Below are positions 1 to 8,480 of a stretch of 64,000 nt of DNA, one piece after another (the first letter of the stretch is position 1; every line of letters begins with the position of its first letter). Source of the stretch: a virus; the IMG/VR virus record IMGVR_UViG_3300047325_000181, positions 4,855-68,854 of that record, one strand, 5' to 3'. The notes beneath the pieces are model-generated. The model saw only the letters and a program-made list of their open reading frames with translations, was not told the DNA's origin and did no database searches. The translations under genes and the position numbers were made by a program.

Positions 1-1415
1 TCAGGGTCGGCACCGTCAGCCTCGGCGGCTCGGCGGTGCTCCTCCTGGACCTCGCGGGCGAACCAGGACCTGCGGCCGTCGAGCGCCTCGTACCACGTCA
101 GATGCTCGCCGACGAACTCCATTTGGACCGAGCCTGTTTTACCGTCACGCACCTTACCGACGATGAGCGCGGCGCGCGTCGGCGGGATGACGTCGCCCGA
201 GTCGTCTTTCTTGTCCGGGTCGTTGTCGGGGTTCGCTCGCCAGGGGAAGATGATGGTCGTCGCGTGACCCTCGGCATTCCCGCCGTCGCGTAAGTGGAAC
301 ATGCTCGGCTTTTTGTCGGCCGCGGCCCGGTTCATGTGGAAAACGACGTGCATTGCGCACTTCAATTCGGCGCTGAGCGAGACGAGGTCCATGAGCACCG
401 AGTCGAGCACTGCATGCTTGTTGCCCTTAACCCCGGCGTCCACAAGGTCGCCGATGAATCCGATGTGGTCGATGTGGATAGCTGAGACGCCGGTCCGCGT
501 CGCGGCGAGACGCGCCGCGAGCTTGATTTCGTGAAGCGTCATCCGCGGCGAGCGGTCAAAGAACTGGATAGGGAGCGGTTCGAGATGCGCCTGCGCTCGG
601 TCAAGGAATGTCCGCTCGGTGACGGTCAGCGAGTCGGCCATTCGGAACTTGCCGACCGGCACCCCGGAGACCATCGAGAGAATGCGCTCCGACGTCGCGG
701 CCTCGCCCATTTCGAGCGCGAAGAAGAGCACCTTCCCGTGGCTCGCGCCATACTTGACGGCGTTGTAGTGGGCGAGATTGATTTGCGTGATGCTCTTGCC
801 CATCCCGGGAGCCGCTGCCCATAGCACAAGCTCCCCCGGCTTAAAACCACCCGTCAGCCGGTCAAGCGACGGCCACGGGGTCATAAAGGGCTTCGACGTC
901 CGTGGGTGGTCGATAGCGTATCGGACGCCACGCAGCACCTCGATGTGCTCGTGCCCCTCGATGCTCTTGCGGACCCCGGCTCCGCCGAGAACCTGCTGCG
1001 TGGCCCAATCCGCGAGCGCGGTGGAGTCGACGAACCGTTCGGTCATCGCCGCCTCGTGAAGCTGACGGCCGACCGCGGCGAGCCGCCGGGAAGCGGCCTT
1101 ATCCGCCACGATGCGAGCGTAGTATTCCGCGGTCGTGCTCGTCGGGACGACGTCCATGAGGCTCGTCAGATATGCGATGCCCTCGGCTCCAAACTTCGGG
1201 TCCTTGCGCATCTCTTCGGCAACGGTGATTTTGTCGAGCGGCGCTCCGGCGTCAGCGAGCTTGCACATCACGAGCCAGAGCTTCTCGTGGCTCGGCGAGT
1301 AAAAGTCGCTCGGCTTGAGCAACGGCGCGACGACGTCCCACATCGAGCGGTCAATCATCACGCAGCCGAGGGTCGCCTGTTCAGCTTCGAGGGAGTGCGG
1401 CGGGATGTCGGTCAT
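1..1415 (-). CDS. dnaB: Replicative DNA helicase, DnaB family (runs off window edge)
   Basis: Manual translation: MTDIPPHSLEAEQATLG N-terminus, Walker A AAPGMGKS, FALEM, IHIDHIG, LRDGGNAE, IVGKVRDGKTG. No stop before base 1. ATGA overlap with upstream gene. Confidence 0.95.
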   Translation of the reverse strand, partial: MTDIPPHSLEAEQATLGCVMIDRSMWDVVAPLLKPSDFYSPSHEKLWLVMCKLADAGAPLDKITVAEEMRKDPKFGAEGIAYLTSLMDVVPTSTTAEYYARIVADKAASRRLAAVGRQLHEAAMTERFVDSTALADWATQQVLGGAGVRKSIEGHEHIEVLRGVRYAIDHPRTSKPFMTPWPSLDRLTGGFKPGELVLWAAAPGMGKSITQINLAHYNAVKYGASHGKVLFFALEMGEAATSERILSMVSGVPVGKFRMADSLTVTERTFLDRAQAHLEPLPIQFFDRSPRMTLHEIKLAARLAATRTGVSAIHIDHIGFIGDLVDAGVKGNKHAVLDSVLMDLVSLSAELKCAMHVVFHMNRAAADKKPSMFHLRDGGNAEGHATTIIFPWRANPDNDPDKKDDSGDVIPPTRAALIVGKVRDGKTGSVQMEFVGEHLTWYEALDGRRSWFAREVQEEHRRAAEADGADP

Positions 1416-2317
1416 ATTCCGGTGTCCCGGCTTTCGTAGGTTGCGACCGTGGTCGGTACGAGCGTCATGTCAGTGGTCCCTCCTGGTTTCTTGCGAGGCG
1501 GCAGGGCGAGCTTAACGAGTTCGTCCTGGATGATTTTGAGCATGTACGGCGCCTGTCCAAGTCGCTCTGAGGCGCTTGCGAAGGCGACGAGGATTTCGTC
1601 GTCGGTCCTCCCGAGCGCGGCAAGGTCGCGAGCGGCGGCCTTATTGCGCTGACCCCACTGGGTTCGGGTCATGCCTCGGCCGACGACGGTCTGCACCTTC
1701 GGCCAGAGAAGGGCGAGGATGTCCCGTGCTCGCTGCTCCGTCGGGTCCGGCAACTTCAGAACCGTCGGCTCGCGCTGCCTGGACGAAACGGCCAGGCTAG
1801 AGACGCTAGTCTCTAGCTCTATAGAAGACGAAGATGAAGTAGAAGACGAAGAGTTAACATTTGGCTTAACCGACGCTATAGGCGTCGCTAGTGGCGTCGC
1901 TAGTGGCACCGCTTCGGTTTCGCTAGTAGCGCCGCTAGTGGCGACGCTTCTTTTCCCTCGTGCGGCGGCGCCTTTCTTGCCGTTTTCGCTTTGGGCGCGC
2001 TTATAGGCGATTTGTTGGGCGCGCGTCTCTTCTTGGCGACGGTTGACCAAACGGGTGGCATCGCTTGGGTGTTCGATGAAGCACCGCTTAAGCGACGCCC
2101 ATAGCGGTGCCATCTCTTCGCTAGTGGCGCCGACTAAGCGGGCGCAACGCTCGGCGTCGTTCGGTATCGAACCCTTTTTCCAAGAATGACAAAGAAGCCG
2201 GATATAAGCGCCGCTCTCGGCGAGGCTCATCTCGGCTTGGTCGGAGTCACTCAGGTAGTCACCGGCGTAGAATTGGAACGCGGGACCCCACTCCGTATCG
2301 GCACTTTCAGATGACAA
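1412..2317 (-). CDS. Phage replication initiator-like protein (DUF1376/YdaU type)
   Basis: N-terminal PAFQFYAGDYL..S..EMSLAESGAYIRLLCHSW motif, Ser-rich linker, directly upstream of helicase (lambda O/P-like order). Confidence 0.8.
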   Translation of the reverse strand: MSSESADTEWGPAFQFYAGDYLSDSDQAEMSLAESGAYIRLLCHSWKKGSIPNDAERCARLVGATSEEMAPLWASLKRCFIEHPSDATRLVNRRQEETRAQQIAYKRAQSENGKKGAAARGKRSVATSGATSETEAVPLATPLATPIASVKPNVNSSSSTSSSSSIELETSVSSLAVSSRQREPTVLKLPDPTEQRARDILALLWPKVQTVVGRGMTRTQWGQRNKAAARDLAALGRTDDEILVAFASASERLGQAPYMLKIIQDELVKLALPPRKKPGGTTDMTLVPTTVATYESRDTGI

Positions 2318-2342
2318 AGGAACCTCTTTCTAGGCTCAACTC

Positions 2343-2371
2343 TTGCCACCGCGCTCGTCTCGTGGTAGACT
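2343..2371 (+). promoter_or_regulatory. Sigma70-type promoter, antisense to the replication operon
   Basis: TTGCCA-17 nt-TAGACT with extended -10 TG. Confidence 0.65.
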
Positions 2372-2377
2372 GAAGTC

Positions 2378-2437
2378 GAGCGCTCTTTCCGCTCATTTCA
2401 AGAAAGCTCCCGGGCGGCGAACCCGGGAGCTTTACTG
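2378..2437 (+). ncRNA. Candidate ~60-nt antisense sRNA (OOP-like position)
   Basis: Lies between promoter 2343-2371 and hairpin 2403-2433 followed by T-rich tract; no ORF. Confidence 0.4.
2403..2433. terminator. Intrinsic terminator, possibly bidirectional
   Basis: Perfect 12-bp inverted repeat AAAGCTCCCGGG-N7-CCCGGGAGCTTT. Confidence 0.75.
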
Positions 2438-2459
2438 TATTCCGACCAAGGTCAACTCG

Positions 2460-3311
2460 TCAAGTGGCCGCTGGCTTTTCCTTACCGAGTCGCTCTCCAG
2501 CCGACTCAATGATGGCCGGGACGCTCGACGCGCGTAGCTCGCTCAGTTCATCGACACTCGTCACGCCGTAGGTGGTGAGCGTTGAGGCGAGCGCGGCGTC
2601 GGCAGTTGCTTTCCCGTAACGGTTCGAGACCGCCGAGTACGCCTTGCGGACCGCCTGCTTTTGGTCGGCCGTGATGGAGCCTTTATCACCGCTCAGGACG
2701 GGCGTCTTATCGGTGCGCGCCTTCGTGTTGCCCCCCGGCGTATCGCTCACCGCGATATTGAAGACCGCCTGAAGCGCCTGCTTCTTCGCGGCCGTCAGCG
2801 CTTTCTTGAAGTACGACGTCCCGCCGTAGTCGACGTCGATGCCGATGAAGTCGCCCATCGCCCGCTCGAAGCCCGTCTCGGTGTCGCCGAGCGTGAGGCG
2901 TAGGTTGATTTGCCCCTGCATAACCGCGGCGCCCTTCTGCGTCGAGCCCTCCAGCTTCGTCGCTTCGTGTTTTACGGGCGTGAAGATGATGGCGAGCCCG
3001 GCGTTTGACGCGGCCTCGTTCGCAGCTTCGACGATGTCCTCATCCTTGATGTACGCGAAGCCCTTGTCGTGGCGGCCTGTCGCGCCGAGCTTCCCGATGG
3101 AACGCTGGGCGAGGCTGAGCTTCGCGAAGAACTTCGCCTTGAGCGCGAGGGTCTTCTCGTTCTCCGCGACCATCTCGCGCAGGGCGGCCATCTCGGCCGG
3201 GACCTGGACCTGCGAGGGCGTGATGGGACGGGCCTGGAGGTCGCGCACCCCATTGCGGTAGATGTCGATGGCCTCCCCCGCTTGCGTGATGTCTTCGAGA
3301 CCCGCGCTCAT
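2460..3311 (-). CDS. ERF-family single-strand annealing recombinase
   Basis: GFAYIKDEDIVEAANEA..GL and KALTAAKKQALQAVFNI motifs resemble ERF. Confidence 0.7.
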   Translation of the reverse strand: MSAGLEDITQAGEAIDIYRNGVRDLQARPITPSQVQVPAEMAALREMVAENEKTLALKAKFFAKLSLAQRSIGKLGATGRHDKGFAYIKDEDIVEAANEAASNAGLAIIFTPVKHEATKLEGSTQKGAAVMQGQINLRLTLGDTETGFERAMGDFIGIDVDYGGTSYFKKALTAAKKQALQAVFNIAVSDTPGGNTKARTDKTPVLSGDKGSITADQKQAVRKAYSAVSNRYGKATADAALASTLTTYGVTSVDELSELRASSVPAIIESAGERLGKEKPAAT

Positions 3312-3847
3312 TCCGGCAACTCCGGCGCCCGGCGCTGCACGACGACCTCGATGGGACCGTCGACGTAGCGGAGCGCGCGCGACATGATTTCGGCGAGTGC
3401 GCCGCCGTACTTCTTGGCGTACTTTTTGAGTGCCGCGGCGTCGGTCTTGACTTGCGGCGGCGGCTGGACGACCGAGACCATCTCAGCCCGCTCGTGCGCC
3501 GGGATTTCCGTCAGGAACTCGATTTCCTTGAACGTGAACTCGTTCTTTTCGAGCTTCTTGCTCTGCTTGTACTCGATGACGTAGTCGACGCTCGGGAGCG
3601 CGGTCGCGTTCGCGGCCTGCATGCGCCGGTAGAGTTCGTGCTGGAGCGACTTCTTGTAGAGCGTCGCTTCGTCGATGGCCTTGCGCAGTGAGGCGATGCG
3701 CTCGTCCGAGTAGATGACCTCGTCGGCGATGTCCGCGAGCGGCATATGCTCGAAGATGACATCGACCTCGCCGAGTTCGACGGACTCTCCGGCCCGCGTG
3801 ATGCTGAAGTGTTCGCCCGATTCGGCCGTGATGACCTGAGTATCCAT
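3308..3847 (-). CDS. Coiled-coil protein, possibly Gam/Gp157-like
   Basis: ATG at 3847 with AGGAG Shine-Dalgarno; helical; next to ERF. Confidence 0.5.
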   Translation of the reverse strand: MDTQVITAESGEHFSITRAGESVELGEVDVIFEHMPLADIADEVIYSDERIASLRKAIDEATLYKKSLQHELYRRMQAANATALPSVDYVIEYKQSKKLEKNEFTFKEIEFLTEIPAHERAEMVSVVQPPPQVKTDAAALKKYAKKYGGALAEIMSRALRYVDGPIEVVVQRRAPELPE

Positions 3848-3860
3848 CCTTGCTCCTAGA

Positions 3861-3974
3861 GTGAGGGCCCCCGTGATGAAGCGGGGGCCCTCGGTTGTGG
3901 AGGTAGCGGGGACGGCGGTTCGTGGCCACCGTCCCCCGGAACTGGCCCACCTGTGAGGAGAAGCCCTATTCCGT
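3861..3974 (-). ncRNA. Structured leader / candidate bipartite antisense RNA (c4-like)
   Basis: Two 11-bp GC hairpins (3908-3936 loop CCACGAA; 3863-3892). Box 3946-3962 is complementary to 35852-35868 and 32467-32482 on the late mRNA. Confidence 0.6.
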
Positions 3975-3980
3975 GCGCTG

Positions 3981-4009
3981 ATTGTAGCGCGCTGCTTTGG
4001 GGAAGTCAA
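3981..4009 (-). promoter_or_regulatory. Promoter with operator overlapping -10
   Basis: TTGACT-17-TACAAT; operator CAGCGCGCTA at 3985-3994. Confidence 0.85.
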
Positions 4010-4039
4010 GGGGCCAGCGGAGGAAAGACAAGTCCACGG

Positions 4040-4366
4040 GTGAAGGTCAGTGACGTGGTCGATGACACGCTCTTTTCGCTCGTCGCGAGCGAGGGTGACC
4101 TCATCACGAAGCTGGACCTCCTACGGGCGCCCGGCTACATCGTGCGGACCGAGCTTTCCCGGCCCGGCACCCTCGAAACACGGACCATCCGCGTCGAGCA
4201 GCCCCTCGACCTCGCGCGAACCATCACCGTCCTCGACCGCTACTTATCCCACCAGCAAGTCCTCGAAGTCATGGACGGATTCTCAGGCCTCGGACCCGAG
4301 TTTGCAGCCGCAATCGCAGAACTCAAGCTCCAGAGGTACGGTCTTGTCAGAGCCAGCGGACCCTAA
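4040..4366 (+). CDS. Hypothetical protein
   Basis: GTG start, genome-typical codons. Confidence 0.55.
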   Translation: MKVSDVVDDTLFSLVASEGDLITKLDLLRAPGYIVRTELSRPGTLETRTIRVEQPLDLARTITVLDRYLSHQQVLEVMDGFSGLGPEFAAAIAELKLQRYGLVRASGP

Positions 4367-4544
4367 ACGAAAGCCCCAGATTCGGTGGAAGCCCGAGTAC
4401 GTCGAGTTCCTCCGCAACCAGTATCCCTACCATACGACCGTCGAACTCAGCGAGATGATGGCCGAGACTTTTGACGTGAAGGTCTCGCCTTCGGCTGTCG
4501 GGTTCGTGATTTGGAAATCTCGCATCCCCAAGAAGCCCGCGTGA
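4344..4544 (+). CDS. Small HTH-like protein
   Basis: W.PEYVEFLRNQYPYHTTVELSEMMAETF pattern; TTG start inferred. Confidence 0.5.
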   Translation: MSEPADPKRKPQIRWKPEYVEFLRNQYPYHTTVELSEMMAETFDVKVSPSAVGFVIWKSRIPKKPA

Positions 4545-4903
4545 GGGCTGGCGCTGAAGCCGCCGGAAAGCGACGCCGTGCCGAGGACAAGATGCGCGAG
4601 GCCGCCCGCGGCCGGGACGGCGAGCACTGCCAGATGGAGACAGCCTCCGGCTCTGCTTGGATGGTCTGCAAGCGCCGGGCGACCCAGGCAGCGCACGTCT
4701 ACCGGCGCCGCGAGTGCGGCCGGGCAAAGTACGACCCCGACGTCGTCGTGATGGCTTGCGAGCCGTGCCACCGCTCCTACGACGACGACAGCCGCTACGA
4801 TGTCCGGGTGCGCCCCGAGCACGAGGAGCGGGCCTGGGCGGCCATCATTAAGGCCTCCAAGGTACTGCCGCCCCGCCAGACGCTCACGGGCCAGCGGGCA
4901 TGA
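4541..4903 (+). CDS. HNH-like (NinG/Rap-like) nuclease
   Basis: RDGEHCQ..C..ATQAAHVYRR..ACEPCH; GTGA overlap. Confidence 0.65.
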   Translation: MRAGAEAAGKRRRAEDKMREAARGRDGEHCQMETASGSAWMVCKRRATQAAHVYRRRECGRAKYDPDVVVMACEPCHRSYDDDSRYDVRVRPEHEERAWAAIIKASKVLPPRQTLTGQRA

Positions 4904-5097
4904 GCTTCCGGCAACCCTGGGAAGAGCAGCTTCAGAACATCGTCGACCGGGCTCAGAGGGGAGAGCCGCTCTGTCACATCACCCACATCGGGATGACGTG
5001 CGCTGAGTTCGACGCCTATGTTGCAGAAAAGAACGGAGATGGTATCATTGGGCTCCTCGGTCGAAACCACTATACCGCTCAGCGTCCTGGTCAGTGA
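4900..5097 (+). CDS. Hypothetical protein
   Basis: ATGA overlap, 65 aa. Confidence 0.5.
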   Translation: MSFRQPWEEQLQNIVDRAQRGEPLCHITHIGMTCAEFDAYVAEKNGDGIIGLLGRNHYTAQRPGQ

Positions 5098-5695
5098 GGA
5101 CGTCGCGGTCATCACCTTGCCGGTCGGCGACAAGTACCCGTCCCAGAACATGATTTTCGCGACCGGCGCACGGCGCGGGCCGAAGACGCGCGAGTACCTC
5201 GACCTCCGGCTCGCCGCGAAGACCGCCGGGGCAATTGTTGCCGCCCAGTGGGGAGCCATCAGTGTACCTTTGGGAATCAGTCTCACGCTCTACCAACAGA
5301 GCAACCGTTACCCTGACGCCTCGAATCTTGGAAAATGCGAACTCGACGGTCTTCAGGACGCTGGCCTCTTGGTCGACGATTCCCTGGTCCGACCAGCTAC
5401 GTTTCACGTGGAGCCGGGGACGCCGGGGCCGCGGCGGATGGTCTTGGTTCTCACGCGCCCGGCGGGTGCTCTTCGGATAGGAGCTTCGAGTGGAACACAA
5501 TCGGAACCTCAGTCACGCGCAGCCGGACGTCATCATGGCGTTCGGAAAACAGGAAGCCCTTCGGCATCTCAGCCCGCTGGCCGAAGAAAACGTGCCACCA
5601 AGGCCGCCGCGACCCGTGATGCGTTCGTTCACGACAAGCACCTCGCGGAATACCTCGCCGACAAGAAAGACGTCCTTCGCCGCATCGGTCGATAG
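5018..5695 (+). CDS. rusA: RusA-like Holliday junction resolvase with basic tail
   Basis: PDASNLGKCELDGLQDAGLLVDDSLV matches the D..N..K...D.L...G...DD signature; start uncertain. Confidence 0.8.
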   Translation: MLQKRTEMVSLGSSVETTIPLSVLVSEDVAVITLPVGDKYPSQNMIFATGARRGPKTREYLDLRLAAKTAGAIVAAQWGAISVPLGISLTLYQQSNRYPDASNLGKCELDGLQDAGLLVDDSLVRPATFHVEPGTPGPRRMVLVLTRPAGALRIGASSGTQSEPQSRAAGRHHGVRKTGSPSASQPAGRRKRATKAAATRDAFVHDKHLAEYLADKKDVLRRIGR

Positions 5696-5902
5696 ATACC
5701 GGCTCGACGCCCTCGCGGTCCTCCGCATTTGGTGGCTCCAGTTCTCCTCGTGGGCGAACCGTTTCTGGTGGCGCGATGTGCGCGGCCGGTGCCCCGACTA
5801 CGGGTGCCACCGCAAACTCATCCGCGCCTGGATGAAGCCCTACGGGTTTCCCGGCCGGACGTGCCCCCAGGACCATCACTTCTACCTCGAAGGAGCGCCC
5901 CG

Positions 5903-6547
5903 GTGGCACTGAAGCAGATTCCGGTCGGCCAGATAGAGCCGCACCCGAAGAACCCGAACTCGATGGCCCCGGACGCCTTTAAGAAGCTCCAACGCCACAT
6001 CGAGCGCACGAGCTTCTACCCGCCGGTCATCGTCCGGCCGCTCGACGACGGCCGGTACCAGATGATAGACGGCTGGCACCGCTACCTCATCGTGCGCGAC
6101 CACCTCAAGCGCGACAAGGTCGCAGCTATCGTGGCGGAGGTCTCCGAGACCGAAGCCGACATGATGCTCGCAACCCTGAACCGGCTCCACGGCGAGGACG
6201 ACCCGCGGGCGCGCGCGGAACTCGTGAGCGACCTCCTCCAAGAATATGGCTCGGTCGTGGCCCTAGCGGACCTGCTCCCGGAGTCTCAGACCGAAATCAA
6301 CACCATGCTCAAGAACCTAGAGAACGGGTTCGGCGGCGGCGATGAACCCGAGCCCGATGAGCCCGGCGAAAAGAAGAAGATGAAGCTCCAGTTCACCGCG
6401 GACCAGTGGCTGGTCATCGGTGAGGCGCTCTCTATCATCAAGCGACGTGCTGGCCTCGGAGAGAACGAAGTCGAACGGTGCTTCGAGTTCCTGGCGGCAG
6501 ACTGGCTCGGCGGCCAAGAGCGCGTCGAGAGCCGCAACCTGAACTAG
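5903..6547 (+). CDS. ParB/Srx N-terminal domain protein
   Basis: IEPHPKNPN..PVIVRP..YQMIDGWHRY; AGGAG SD before GTG. Confidence 0.85.
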   Translation: MALKQIPVGQIEPHPKNPNSMAPDAFKKLQRHIERTSFYPPVIVRPLDDGRYQMIDGWHRYLIVRDHLKRDKVAAIVAEVSETEADMMLATLNRLHGEDDPRARAELVSDLLQEYGSVVALADLLPESQTEINTMLKNLENGFGGGDEPEPDEPGEKKKMKLQFTADQWLVIGEALSIIKRRAGLGENEVERCFEFLAADWLGGQERVESRNLN

Positions 6548-6798
6548 TAGGACCGGGCGCGCTTCGCCTCGTGCTCGTCCGGGAAGAGCTTCCGGTGCTG
6601 ACGCTCGACGTAGTCACTGAAGAACTCGCGCTGCGTCACTCGCTTGCCCGTCTCTTCTTCCTTGGCGTCGAGCACCTCCGTGAGCATCTCCCACTGGCGC
6701 GCGCGCAAGTGGAGGCCGCGGCTGATGAGCCGTTCGTCCGGGGGGAGGGGCTTGCGGCCGGGTTGCAGCCGCTTCTTGCGGGGGGCCTTTGTGCTCAT
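6544..6798 (-). CDS. Small basic DNA-binding protein (ribbon-helix-helix-like), repressor candidate
   Basis: GRKPLP..SRGLHLRARQWEML..; own promoter carries the operator; leaderless start. Confidence 0.55.
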   Translation of the reverse strand: MSTKAPRKKRLQPGRKPLPPDERLISRGLHLRARQWEMLTEVLDAKEEETGKRVTQREFFSDYVERQHRKLFPDEHEAKRARSY

Positions 6799-6805
6799 GC
6801 TCTCC

Positions 6806-6834
6806 ATCGTACGGTCAGCGCGCTGGCTTGTCAA
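6806..6834 (-). promoter_or_regulatory. Promoter with spacer operator, leaderless
   Basis: TTGACA-17-TACGAT, CAGCGCGCTG at 6816-6825, ATG 7 nt after -10. Confidence 0.85.
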
Positions 6835-6972
6835 CTGAAGAGGCCATCAGGAGGCAAGCTCGGCTTCGGGAAACGAAGCTCTGCGATTTCTTGGGAGAGC
6901 GGGCGGCCCGACGCAAGAGCACGGCGCTCCGCCTCACGTAGTATAGCTGGAGGGCAGTCTTCTCGGAGGGCG

Positions 6973-7401
6973 TCATAGTTTTCCGAGTTTTCGGCCATAG
7001 AGTGCAGCTATCGCCTTGTCGACGACGGCCCCCTGGGAAATGGGAGGGTCGTAGGCGTCACAGAGTTCCTGGACCCGCTTGAAGGTCTCGGGTAGGATGG
7101 TGAAGCTCCGCCGGTCCCGATGCGGGCCGTGGGCCCGGTGTTTGAAGGCCGGGAGGGACTTGCCGGTCTGAAGGAAGCGCTCGTACTCCTCGAACGCCTC
7201 GGTAAGAGACCGAAGCTCGACGCCGCGCTCGCGGAGGAGGGCCGCAAACGTGGTGTAGGTCCGCGCCCGGCCCGGCCACTGCAACCCCTCGGACCCCATG
7301 AACTGGAAGACGTCCACGACCGCAGCCGAGGGCCGCGGCCTCGTCATACGCCACTTCAGCCATTGGGTAAAGGTCGGCCGTTCGACCGTTTCTGTCATCA
7401 T
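6973..7401 (-). CDS. YozE-like domain plus C-terminal RHH-like DNA-binding protein
   Basis: TFTQWL..AFEEYERF, then RSFTILPETFKRVQELC..SQGAVVDKAI. Confidence 0.5.
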   Translation of the reverse strand: MMTETVERPTFTQWLKWRMTRPRPSAAVVDVFQFMGSEGLQWPGRARTYTTFAALLRERGVELRSLTEAFEEYERFLQTGKSLPAFKHRAHGPHRDRRSFTILPETFKRVQELCDAYDPPISQGAVVDKAIAALYGRKLGKL

Positions 7402-7408
7402 GCTCCCT

Positions 7409-7462
7409 AGTTTACCACGGGTGGCAATACCCGTTGACATTTACAGCGCGCTGGTGTATAGT
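7409..7462. promoter_or_regulatory. Divergent promoter pair with two palindromes
   Basis: Minus: CGTGGTAAACT then ATG after 7 nt. Plus: TTGACA-17-TATAGT then ATG after 6 nt. ACGGGT-N6-ACCCGT at 7417-7434 and CAGCGCGCTG at 7444-7453. Confidence 0.85.
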
Positions 7463-7468
7463 CGTGGC

Positions 7469-7864
7469 ATGATGGAAAGAAACTTTTCGGAAGTAATCCT
7501 CGACATAGCGCGTGTCTACGGCGAGCTTTCGCCGGAAAACCTCTACCGCGACGGTGAAGCCTCGCCCGCGGAGGTCGCTCGCGAGCGAGCGCGCCTCACC
7601 GAGAAGCTCGAAGCGCTCTTCGCTGAGAGAGGCAGCCCGCTCGAAGAGAACGAGGCATACGAGTTTGCCGCCCGTATCAGAAAGAGGCCCGAATGGAGCG
7701 CCGCTGACCGACTTTCGTGCGAAAGGTTCGAGCCGGGGAACCCCATCGCTCGCGGCAAGTCGCACGAGATGGCCGACGTCGGCCCTTACGAAGAGCCGCA
7801 CTGCATCTTCTGCGGCTGGCAGCGTGACGAAGATGACTACTCGCTGACGGGGTATCGCGGATGA
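7469..7864 (+). CDS. Hypothetical phage early protein
   Basis: LSPENLYRDGEAS motif; leaderless start. Confidence 0.7.
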   Translation: MMERNFSEVILDIARVYGELSPENLYRDGEASPAEVARERARLTEKLEALFAERGSPLEENEAYEFAARIRKRPEWSAADRLSCERFEPGNPIARGKSHEMADVGPYEEPHCIFCGWQRDEDDYSLTGYRG

Positions 7865-8157
7865 TAGAGTTCAACTACGAGCAAGAAGTGTTCAAGGCCG
7901 CCGAGGTCATCTACCGCCAAATGGGCTACACGTCCATCGTCGACGTCGGCGCCATCCTCACGGCGCGCGCCTTCCAAGAGGGCGGACGCCCGGGCTCGGC
8001 GGCGGGAGACATGCTCCAGAACGTCAGCATGGCGCTGCGCGTCATCGGGGAAGGCGAACTCGCCGACTCGGTCGACAAGCTCGGCAGCGACTACCGGCTG
8101 GCCGTGGCCACCGCGGTCATCGCGCGCGGCGCACAGGCGGTCGATGGCGCAGCCTAG
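7861..8157 (+). CDS. Hypothetical protein
   Basis: ATGA overlap. Confidence 0.6.
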   Translation: MIEFNYEQEVFKAAEVIYRQMGYTSIVDVGAILTARAFQEGGRPGSAAGDMLQNVSMALRVIGEGELADSVDKLGSDYRLAVATAVIARGAQAVDGAA

Positions 8158-8479
8158 CCTCTTTGAAGCCGAGCGGCTCAAGCAGGACGGCATGGCCCGC
8201 GCCGACGCGAACGCGGACGACCGCTGGCGCCTGACGACCGATAGCATCATCCGAGTCCTTGCGGCCCGTAAGCCGGTCTTCACGACCGACGACGTCCATG
8301 AGGCCCTCGCGACCACGGGAGCCACCACGCACGACAACCGGGCCATCGGCGCGCGCATGCAAAGCGCCGCGCGACAGGGCCTCATCGAGATAACCGACCG
8401 CGTCCAAAAATCAGAGCGACCGGCCTGCCATCGCAGACCAGTCGCTATTTGGCGTTCGCTCGTGTACGTGAAGCGCTAG
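8144..8479 (+). CDS. Winged-helix-like phage protein
   Basis: FTTDDV..DNRAIGARMQSAARQGLIE..ACHRRPVAIWRS. Confidence 0.6.
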   Translation: MAQPSLFEAERLKQDGMARADANADDRWRLTTDSIIRVLAARKPVFTTDDVHEALATTGATTHDNRAIGARMQSAARQGLIEITDRVQKSERPACHRRPVAIWRSLVYVKR

Positions 8480-8480
8480 G

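Noticed and set aside
3848-4009. N-terminal extension of ORF 3308-4009
   Set aside because: Its TTG is the -35 box; the SD-supported start is 3847 and the region folds as RNA.
5688-5912. Trp/Cys-rich ORF tail between RusA and ParB
   Set aside because: Looks coding but I could not find a credible start codon.
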